Shown: positions 17,474 through 24,424, numbered from the stretch's first letter. The stretch: DNA of 43,400 bases from an uncultured Candidatus Bathyarchaeia archaeon (GCA_964632825.1 CAZWBY010000001.1:1-43400); one strand, 5' to 3'. The notes: generated by a model not told the origin, from the sequence alone. A program made the numbers and translations.

Positions 17474-18721
17474 TCATCTAGAGTTCACGGAAGAAGAGTT
17501 TGATTTGCATCCGACCAAGCGCGCCAGCCTTACATCGCTGCCAAACACATCTTTCAGTAATGAGCGAGAAACTTCAAGCCTTATTTTTTTCGTGCGACCG
17601 TAGCGTCCCATACTTACAACCTTTGCGTTGAGGATCCCCATCGCGTCAAGTTCGCTAATCAACGTTCCCAGACGCCTCTGGGTCAAGAGACCTGCGCCCA
17701 GTTCACCGCAAGACTCCTTATAAACGTCGTAGATCTCGCCCGTAGTTGAGCTGGATTTGTTCAGGTTGTAAACGCTAAGCACGACCAACTTGGAGTGCAA
17801 AGTCAGGTTCTTGACAGCTTCCGCAACCCTGTCATGCTCAATATGCTTCTCTGCGTCTCGAACATGATCCTCTGTGATGACTTCAGCACCCTGGCGTTCA
17901 GCAACTTCTCCGGCCACTCGAAGCAGATCAAGGGCTCGCCTTGCGTCACCATGCTCGGCTGCTGCAAGAGCAGAACATATGCTCAGCGCAGACTCGGACA
18001 GGCACCCCTCTCGGAACGAAATCTTTGAACGTTCAAGAAGGATATTGCGCAGTTCACTTGCATCATAAGGCCTGAATACTATTTCTTCTTCGCTCAGTGA
18101 GCTTAGGACCCGAGGATCAAGAAACTCTTTCAGCCTCAAGTCATTTGATATGCCTATGAGTGAAACTCGGCTCTTACTGAGAGTCTCGTTTATTCGCGTG
18201 AGCTCGTAGAGAAGCCCGTCGCCCCGGTCTTTAACCAACGCGTCAATTTCATCCAAGGCAATTATGAGAAACGTGCGACTTTGCTCAAGGCTTACCCGGA
18301 ACCGATCAAAAACTTCTCCAACAGACAGCCCCGTAAACGGAACAGCCAAGCCCAGACCTAAGCTGAGGCTGGCGAAGACTCTGTACTCAGATCCTGTCAT
18401 GCGACAGTTAATGTAGCAAAATTTGACTTGGGCGCCGTATTCTTTTGCTTTGGACTCCAAATGGCTGAGAACATATTTGGTCACTGCTGTCTTTCCAGTT
18501 CCGCTTTTCCCATAAATGAAGATGTTCGAACTCCGAGCTTCTTTGAGAACTGGTGCTACTGCTTCGCCCAAAGTACGTATTTGATCGTCTCTGTGAGGGA
18601 GTTTGTCTGGTAGATAATCATGCCTCAGAACCTCTCTGTCTTTGAAGAGTTTGGGGCCATTCACGAATCTTTCGAATACATCGTCAAGTATATTCGACTT
18701 ACTGATTTGTTCATCCCTCAA
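17474..18721 (-). CDS. cdc6: Orc1/Cdc6 replication initiator
   Basis: LPHRDDQI..L......FIYGKSGTGKTAV (Walker A), LIIALDEID (Walker B), sensor regions, and a C-terminal winged helix (SGEIYDVYKESC...QRRLGTLISELDAMGIL). The track ORF runs to ATG 18949 (491 aa). Its first 76 aa are hydrophobic junk and contain an ORB box, so I prefer in-frame TTG 18721 (MRDEQISKSNILDDVFERF...), giving 415 aa. Confidence 0.85.
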   Translation of the reverse strand: MRDEQISKSNILDDVFERFVNGPKLFKDREVLRHDYLPDKLPHRDDQIRTLGEAVAPVLKEARSSNIFIYGKSGTGKTAVTKYVLSHLESKAKEYGAQVKFCYINCRMTGSEYRVFASLSLGLGLAVPFTGLSVGEVFDRFRVSLEQSRTFLIIALDEIDALVKDRGDGLLYELTRINETLSKSRVSLIGISNDLRLKEFLDPRVLSSLSEEEIVFRPYDASELRNILLERSKISFREGCLSESALSICSALAAAEHGDARRALDLLRVAGEVAERQGAEVITEDHVRDAEKHIEHDRVAEAVKNLTLHSKLVVLSVYNLNKSSSTTGEIYDVYKESCGELGAGLLTQRRLGTLISELDAMGILNAKVVSMGRYGRTKKIRLEVSRSLLKDVFGSDVRLARLVGCKSNSSSVNSR

Positions 18722-18850
18722 TCTTTTGCAGAGGCAACACCGATATTTCGTGTGGAGAAGATAAAGCGTGCAGTACAAAAAAATGGTTGCCGTGCACAAC
18801 AATCCTAAAACAGAAGGAAAAGTCAACAATAAGAAAGCGAAGGTTATGGG

Positions 18851-18875
18851 CGCACCCCGAGATTTCCACTGGAAC
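18851..18875 (-). promoter_or_regulatory. ORB1 (origin recognition box)
   Basis: Minus strand reads GTTCCAGTGGAAATCTCGGGGTGCG. That is an exact mini-ORB core TTCCAGTGGAAA followed 4 nt later by the G-string GGGGT. Confidence 0.75.
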
Positions 18876-19038
18876 TGGCTAAAGGAACAGTGCTGAAAAA
18901 TGGCAAAAGTTAAGCTTAACGTAATATACTCTGATAGGTAACCAGTCAAAAGAGATATTAATAATTGCTGTAAAGGTTTTTAGACCCAAACTATCAAAAA
19001 TTTTTGACCAACTTTAGCTTGGTTCCGTTCCCAAAAAC

Positions 19039-19060
19039 TGCAGAGGAAATGCAGGGGGGG
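19039..19060 (+). promoter_or_regulatory. ORB2 (degenerate, opposite orientation to ORB1)
   Basis: TGCAGAGGAAATGCAGGGGGGG. The core has 2 mismatches to TCCAGTGGAAA. A 4-nt spacer is followed by a G-string. Confidence 0.5.
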
Positions 19061-19160
19061 CGGTCCAAATACCGTTGCCCCTGCAAGAAACCCGTTTTCA
19101 TCAAGGAATTTTCATGTTTCTTCCAAAATGGCATCAAGTCTCTGCTGCCCCTAAAAAGGC

Positions 19161-19497
19161 TGTGATCCTCTGCACAGCAGGAACTGGATTTCGATTCACA
19201 TTTTGTGAATACCCTGTGAAATTGTATTAGAGGTGTGCCTTTAACTTCGTCCTTTTGCCTGTTATTTTGCTGTTTCTGTCTTTTTCTTGTGAATATGGCA
19301 CCCCAACGCTTCTACTGGAGATACCTGATTAAGGCAGACTCCTTGGGATTTCTCAGTTTCACAACCTTGTGAAGGTTGTAATACCATAAACTCTGCAATT
19401 CTTGGCTGTTTTCCTTATTTCGCCCTTGTGGGGCTGTTTCACTCTTTGCTACTTCACCATAACAGCTATAAATTGTGAAGTGTAAAGCCTGTGAACA
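19161..19497. repeat. Array of TGTGAA/TTCACA hexamers, including two inverted-repeat sites
   Basis: TGTGAA at 19204, 19215, 19288, 19368, 19474 and 19490. TTCACA at 19195 and 19358. TGTGATC at 19161. Inverted repeats: ATTCACA-TTT-TGTGAAT (19194-19210) and TTCACAA-CC-TTGTGAA (19358-19373), the latter overlapping ACAACCTT-GTG-AAGGTTGT (19361-19379). Confidence 0.7.
19298..19320 (-). promoter_or_regulatory. ORB3 (degenerate, same orientation as ORB1)
   Basis: Minus strand reads CTCCAGTAGAAGCGTTGGGGTGC. The core is TCCAGTAGAAG (2 mismatches), then a 4-nt spacer and GGGGTGC, which is identical to the ORB1 G-string context. Confidence 0.55.
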
Positions 19498-19517
19498 TCT
19501 TTCCGGTTGCTCATACA

Positions 19518-19949
19518 ATGCCGGCCAAGAAAATGCGCGTAGAGCTCTTCGATAGCGAAGGCAACAAGTATACTGTCGCCTTCGAAGGTCAAATCACTAG
19601 GGACAAGGCTCTTCGCCTCCTAGATCTGGTTGAGCTGCTTGGAGGGATGCCGAATGACAGCGCAACCCAGAGCGCTGGGCAGTCGATAGGTGTGGTCAAT
19701 CCCTCTAGAATTGAGAAGGTTCGATCGCTTGTCCAGAAGAATTTTCCACTAATATGGTTCTCGTCTCGGGATGTTCAAACGGCTTACGAACAAGAGCTCA
19801 AAGAGCCAGTGACATTGAGCACTGTTTCAACTTACCTATCTCGTATGTCGGGCAAGGGCTGGTTAACCAGAGTTGGAGAGGGCAACAACCTAAAGTACAA
19901 ACTGGCGCCAAGCATACCTCTCGCAAAGATCAAACAACAGAATAAGTAG
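19518..19949 (+). CDS. Hypothetical protein with a C-terminal winged-helix DNA-binding domain
   Basis: MPAKKMRVELFDSEGNKYTVAFEG... with C-terminal VTLSTVSTYLSRMSGKGWLTRVGEGNNLKYKL (HTH plus wing). The track ORF starts at GTG 19491, inside the last TGTGAA site. ATG 19518 is preferred. Confidence 0.5.
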   Translation: MPAKKMRVELFDSEGNKYTVAFEGQITRDKALRLLDLVELLGGMPNDSATQSAGQSIGVVNPSRIEKVRSLVQKNFPLIWFSSRDVQTAYEQELKEPVTLSTVSTYLSRMSGKGWLTRVGEGNNLKYKLAPSIPLAKIKQQNK

Positions 19950-20076
19950 CTGGTTGATAAAAGTGTCAGCAATTTGTCTTGGTTTACTTCAAGCAACGTT
20001 CCAGCAAAACGTAAAATTGTTATAACTAGTCGCGCTATTCTCTCTTTGTCAGATCCTTTACGGGGCAGCAGAATTA

Positions 20077-21096
20077 TTGAACTCCAATGTTGAGATGGAC
20101 TTTGCAGAGATGGAAACCAGGCTGAGAACCTATGTGGACAAGGGCAGGGTCTCCGGCGGATCTGAGTTCAAGGAAGAACCATTGACAAGGGTCAGACCCG
20201 ACGCTTCTCTCATAAGACCCCTTCGTAGAATGAGCGAATCCTCCGGGAGTTTTTTGGCTGTTGATTGCTCGACTCGTACCCTAAAACGAGCCAACAACTG
20301 GGGAATTTATCTAATGCGCCCTTCCTTTGTCGTCGTCCGAAATAGAGACGTAAACTGGGGTTTCGAGGAACGAATCTGTACCGTTGTCGGAGACTCCTAT
20401 ACTCGTAGTAACTTCTTGACAGATGTCCGAATCGAACTTGAGAGTCAAGTTGCTCTAGAACTCTTGCTCGACAAAAACAAGTCTGCTTACTACGAGTATC
20501 CTGATCCCGCAAATGACTACTTGCTGCTGGATGGAGGAGGATACTTTGGGGGAGAGAGGAAGTTTCGTGTCTCGTTGTACGAACAATGTGAGAAGATTGG
20601 ACTGAATCTTGTTGCCGTGTCCAAGAACTCGCCCTCGCTTCACGATGACAAGGGGAGAGATTTCGTTTCAAGCGCCTCTGCACTTTCTCCATGGGGCATA
20701 TGGGTGTATTACCCGGTCAGAAAGGCCGACAAGGATAAGAGCCTATATGGCGACATAACCATTGTTAAACTCTGCGAAGAGAGTAGTCATGTTTTCAGGT
20801 GTGATGTGATGGATTATCTAACCACACGCGAACTAAGCGATCTGTTGTCTCCGCTTACAAGCATATCTGAGGATCCTCGGTGCATCGGCTATCCCATTTG
20901 CCTCTATCTAGCTCATGATTTCTCTGCTCCTTCTGATTCGATGCTTCTCACCTATCATGACATAATTGAAGAGAGGCTGAAGAATGCTAATCTGCTTGAA
21001 AGCCTACGCAGGGAAGAAAAATGCAGTAGTTTTGGTGACGAGCTTCACGGGGTCAAGCGTGCTTTCCAGAGGGAAAGATGGAATGAACAATACTAA
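20077..21096 (+). CDS. nurA: NurA-like 5'-3' nuclease domain protein
   Basis: The ordered motifs FLAVDCS, IELESQ, DYLLLDGGGYF, LVAVSKNSPSL and IGYPICLYLAHDFS correspond to the NurA catalytic Asp/Glu/Asp and C-terminal His-region motifs as I remember them. TTG start; the first ATG is at 20095. Confidence 0.6.
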   Translation: MNSNVEMDFAEMETRLRTYVDKGRVSGGSEFKEEPLTRVRPDASLIRPLRRMSESSGSFLAVDCSTRTLKRANNWGIYLMRPSFVVVRNRDVNWGFEERICTVVGDSYTRSNFLTDVRIELESQVALELLLDKNKSAYYEYPDPANDYLLLDGGGYFGGERKFRVSLYEQCEKIGLNLVAVSKNSPSLHDDKGRDFVSSASALSPWGIWVYYPVRKADKDKSLYGDITIVKLCEESSHVFRCDVMDYLTTRELSDLLSPLTSISEDPRCIGYPICLYLAHDFSAPSDSMLLTYHDIIEERLKNANLLESLRREEKCSSFGDELHGVKRAFQRERWNEQY

Positions 21097-22612
21097 CCCC
21101 ATTGGATTCGTGTGCAAATCGGCGGCGGACTCTGTTTCCTTCCTGGTCAACAAAGAGACATGCCTATCATTTGGTCAAATAGTCCGAATCGAGTCAGATG
21201 AACGAATCTTCTACGCTAGGGTTGTCAACTCTGAAAGCAGCTCCACACTTGATCTCGTAGAACAACTACGGGAAGCTGAAGGCAAGGAGGCGTTTGGTCC
21301 CTATTCTGCCTACAGAAACGTCGATGCCATGCTCTTTCTCGAGAAGAGACTTGGAAGGGTTCGATCTCCCACATTCAATCCGAACTACAGAGACAAAGTA
21401 TTCACTGCCAACCAAGAAGACTGTACCATTCTTAAACTATCCGGGGATATCGAAATCGGTCGCTTGCGTTCTGAAGATCAGCTCTTGGGCTCTGTCGGGA
21501 TCAACATTGAAGCAGTACCACGCATGATGGGCATGTTTGGAATGACTGGCTCGGGCAAAACCAATACAGAACTTATTCTTAACGCACAAATAATTGATCA
21601 AAGCCCCAAGGCTGTCGCTCTGATTTTCGATTTCGCGGGGCAACTTCTAGAAGGGAAGGAAATAACTCCCCAGCAAGGGCTAAAAGATCACCCGCTTTTC
21701 CACACCAAAGTACAGTACTACTCACAGAGAGACGGCAAGCTCTCGGTAGGATTACATACTATAACACCTGGAAGACTCGACACTCTCTTTCCAGATATCC
21801 AGCCCCCGCAGAGGAGACTAGCATGGGCATTGTACAGGCAACTAGGCGCAACGTGGGTTGAAAGAGCCCGCGAAAGCTACCGTGCGAGCGGAACAGTTGA
21901 GATAAGAGCCCAGAAGTCAGTTGTTGAAGCCCTGATGCAGAAACTCGCCTCTTTGCCTGCAGACGTATTTCCAACCTCGAATTACACTTTTGTTGAGAGC
22001 CTTCGCGACAACATCTGCAGAGGCATTACGTGTCTGGTCGATATCTCAGGACTGCGTTCCGAAGACCAAAACCGAATTGTCTGCCTCTCGACCTCAATTA
22101 TTGCTGAACACTACAAACGGACGTGGGAGCAATCCTACGAGGATTGGCAGAAGCTACCCACACTCCTTATCACACTCGAGGAAGCGCACGAGTTTCTTGA
22201 CCCCAACAAGCCACGAACAATATTCTCTGACATTGCACTCACCTATCGAAAGTACCGGGTGGGGCTTAACGCAGTCACTCCGCGACCATCTAGAATTAAC
22301 TTTGATGTTTTTGCAGAACTCTGGACCAAAGTCATCATGAAAACTGAATTGAAGAAAGACAGAATCTACCTAACCGAGAATACTCCTTTTATGGAGTACA
22401 GCGAGACCGAGATCAAGATGCTTGATGTGGGGGAGGCTTTGCTCATTTCGGAACCGAAGATGAAGTTTGCAGTTCCAGTGAAGGTGGTGCACTATCCTGA
22501 GTATCTGAAGAAACGTGGGCACAGCGACTACGGACTTGACTCTCCGCCTCTTGACAAGATGGATAACCGCCTCAGGACGCTTCGGGATCAAACCGCAATG
22601 TCATTTGGTTAG
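21083..22612 (+). CDS. herA: HerA-like (FtsK/HerA superfamily) hexameric ATPase/helicase
   Basis: N-terminal barrel-like region (FGQIVRIESDERIFYARVV), Walker A GMTGSGKTN, Walker B LLITLEEAHEF, and RKYRVGLNAVTPRPSRI (HerA R-finger/sensor segment). ATG 21083 overlaps the nurA-like stop by 14 nt. The track start at 20984 is an in-frame extension through nurA. Confidence 0.7.
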   Translation: MNNTNPIGFVCKSAADSVSFLVNKETCLSFGQIVRIESDERIFYARVVNSESSSTLDLVEQLREAEGKEAFGPYSAYRNVDAMLFLEKRLGRVRSPTFNPNYRDKVFTANQEDCTILKLSGDIEIGRLRSEDQLLGSVGINIEAVPRMMGMFGMTGSGKTNTELILNAQIIDQSPKAVALIFDFAGQLLEGKEITPQQGLKDHPLFHTKVQYYSQRDGKLSVGLHTITPGRLDTLFPDIQPPQRRLAWALYRQLGATWVERARESYRASGTVEIRAQKSVVEALMQKLASLPADVFPTSNYTFVESLRDNICRGITCLVDISGLRSEDQNRIVCLSTSIIAEHYKRTWEQSYEDWQKLPTLLITLEEAHEFLDPNKPRTIFSDIALTYRKYRVGLNAVTPRPSRINFDVFAELWTKVIMKTELKKDRIYLTENTPFMEYSETEIKMLDVGEALLISEPKMKFAVPVKVVHYPEYLKKRGHSDYGLDSPPLDKMDNRLRTLRDQTAMSFG

Positions 22613-23394
22613 TTTTGGTTAGCCTCTGGCTTTTTCAGTAGTTGTTCCATTTCTTTCTTCACGCTATACCTAAAAGGAATCTTTCCGGTCTCCCTCTCAA
22701 CGTAACCTTCTTCGTAGAGCTTCTTCATTACTCTGGCTGTATGTTCGCGGCTTAGCTTGACTCTATCTTTAATCTCAGGAGCAGTTTTCGAACCCTCTGC
22801 AGAGAGCGTCTCTAACACTACTATTTCGGTATCGGTGAGAGTGGCCAGCGCTTTGTCTCTTCTGATCGGAATGACTAGGGCACTCTTAATCTCAGGTGAA
22901 GTTGATAGTTTCTCCAACTGGCTGGCTAACGTCGCTACCTGTTCTCTCAGTGTTTCTTGAGTCGATTCGAAGTCTCTGACTTTCGCAGAGATGTCTCCCA
23001 GCACGATGGAGATGTTTTGGTCCTGCTTTGGGTTTTCAGTCACTTGGGTTTCGAGGGGTGCGATTCTCTTCTCAACTTCTACCGCTCTTTTCAGTGTGGA
23101 ATCGATCTTGCCAGCGTTACCCTCAATCTTGTAACCCATAATCTCAATCTTCTCGGAGGTTCTTCTAAGCTCTCGATTGAAACTGAGGACGATGTCCTCA
23201 ACTAGACCCTTTGATTTTTCGTACTCCGCCTTAGCTCGACGTAGCTGTCTAGAATACTCCACAGTTGCCACGACGGTAGCCGTGAGTAGTATTGCAGCAA
23301 GACCTATGATCCATTCAAACACTTGTTTCACTTCTGTGACCCTGTTGTGATCTTTGTGATCTGGGTCACACATCACAGTTTGCTCCATAGGCAT
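22609..23394 (-). CDS. Membrane-anchored coiled-coil protein with a C-terminal MarR/TrmB-like wHTH
   Basis: His/Asp-rich tip CDPDHKDH. One TM helix FEWIIGLAAILLTATVVATV. About 130 aa of charged heptad-like sequence (LRRAKAEYEKSKGLVEDI...LREQVATLASQLEKL). The wHTH is LTDTEIVVLETLSAEGSKTAPEIKDRVKLSREHTARVMKKLYEEGYVERE. Its stop overlaps the herA-like stop by 4 nt in convergent orientation. In-frame GTG starts just before the TM are possible alternatives. Confidence 0.55.
   Translation of the reverse strand: MPMEQTVMCDPDHKDHNRVTEVKQVFEWIIGLAAILLTATVVATVEYSRQLRRAKAEYEKSKGLVEDIVLSFNRELRRTSEKIEIMGYKIEGNAGKIDSTLKRAVEVEKRIAPLETQVTENPKQDQNISIVLGDISAKVRDFESTQETLREQVATLASQLEKLSTSPEIKSALVIPIRRDKALATLTDTEIVVLETLSAEGSKTAPEIKDRVKLSREHTARVMKKLYEEGYVERETGKIPFRYSVKKEMEQLLKKPEANQN
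23335..23378. repeat. TGTGAY repeat cluster: tandem TTGTGATCT x2 plus flanking TGTGAC / GTCACA / ATCACA
   Basis: TGTGAC (23335), TTGTGATCT (23345-23353), TTGTGATCT (23354-23362), GTCACA (23365-23370), ATCACA (23372-23377). It lies at the extreme 5' end of, or just upstream of, the TM-coiled-coil-wHTH gene. Confidence 0.65.
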
Positions 23395-23427
23395 TTAAGC
23401 GTTATGGTAAATAGGAACGGCGTGTCA

Positions 23428-23438
23428 TGACGTCACAC
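23428..23438. repeat. TGACGTCACAC, copy 1 (contains the 8-bp palindrome TGACGTCA)
   Basis: An exact 11-nt match to 23603-23613. Confidence 0.6.
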
Positions 23439-23600
23439 ATCACGGATTACTCCCTCGCCAATCACAAGACGTTCTTCTTGGAGGCCGCTGAAAAATCGGC
23501 TGATTTGTCCTTTATTTCTGACCAAACCTCCAATTCTTGCTTATTTTGCCAGGGGTTCCTTGGGTCCCTTAGGCAGTTTTCCTGCTGCACCTTCGTGATT

Positions 23601-23613
23601 TGTGACGTCACAC
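23601..23613. repeat. Perfect 12-bp palindrome TGTGACGTCACA; includes copy 2 of TGACGTCACAC
   Basis: TGTGACGTCACA (23601-23612) is self-complementary. It abuts the stop codon of gene 23613-24083. Confidence 0.6.
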
Positions 23614-24083
23614 TACTCTTTTGAGCCTGCTGCAAGGTGTTTGAGGCTCGTTTCGAGCTCTTCTCGGATTAATTCGATGACTTTTTGATGATCTTCGGCT
23701 TCTTGTCCACTTGGGGTGCTATAGTGTGCTTCAACGTAATCGCGCAGTTTGTTCGCGATTTCGAGGTAAGGGTCAAGAGTTGTGCTCTCAAACACTCCCA
23801 AGTAACCCAATAGCAAGACGGTGTATACTGATTTAATTACGTTTTCTTTAGACTGTTTTAGGGTCCTATTGAACGATCCACGGCTTATTTTAGCCTTAGT
23901 TAGCCTTAATCTGGCTTTTTCGTCGTATATAAGCTGTTTGCCTGATAAATTTTCGGCTAAAATGTCTATTAGCAGTGTTTCAAGCTGTGTTTTTGTCAAT
24001 TGACTGTTTTTGGCGAGTATTTTTACTATGGGGTCTGAGAGTGCACTATTTAGCCACGCTTGGACGCCTTCTTTTAGTTTCAA
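23613..24083 (-). CDS. Hypothetical 156-aa helical protein, possible HTH
   Basis: TTG start, and no Met anywhere else in the protein. ISRGSFNRTLKQSKENVIKSV resembles an HTH recognition segment. No family recognised. Confidence 0.4.
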   Translation of the reverse strand: MKLKEGVQAWLNSALSDPIVKILAKNSQLTKTQLETLLIDILAENLSGKQLIYDEKARLRLTKAKISRGSFNRTLKQSKENVIKSVYTVLLLGYLGVFESTTLDPYLEIANKLRDYVEAHYSTPSGQEAEDHQKVIELIREELETSLKHLAAGSKE

Positions 24084-24424
24084 GATGTCCGCTCCGCATT
24101 AATGCTGAATGGATACGCTTTCGTATACCGGTGCCGTTCTTAAGTCTTTTTGGTTGCATTCGAGCGGCACAATATTGAAACCCGGCGACCATTTGATGGG
24201 TGTTCCGCCTCATTGGGGCGTTATTAGCATATTTAATCGCGCATATGGGATTAATTTGGCTTTTGAATTGTTTCTATCAGCTTTAAGGTATTTTGAGGCT
24301 GTTTTTGCTCCCTATTGCTCTCAGCTTATAGATCGGATAGTGCTCAAGCTTTACTCAGTAACATTCTGCTGAGAGGTGGCTCTGTTTCTCAGTTGAGCTT
24401 ATTACACGAAGGTGGCTTGGCGTT

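Larger units (their letters stand above)
18722..19330. other. Predicted chromosomal replication origin (oriC): ORB boxes flanking an AT-rich unwinding element
   Basis: Three ORB-like elements (listed as separate features). ORB1 and ORB2 are in inverted orientation around about 160 bp of AT-rich DNA (18876-19038; for example AAAAGAGATATTAATAATTG and CTATCAAAAATTTTTGACC). The region lies directly upstream of cdc6. Confidence 0.7.

Noticed and set aside
19312-19518. 68-aa minus-strand ORF in the TGTGAA array
   Set aside because: It spans ORB3 and the inverted-repeat sites. It has no family resemblance, and the region is better explained as origin/operator DNA.
23427-23624. 65-aa + strand ORF between the two minus-strand hypothetical genes
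   Set aside because: It starts and ends inside the two TGACGTCACAC repeats and has Cys/Phe-rich non-protein-like composition. It is most likely a by-product of the repeats.
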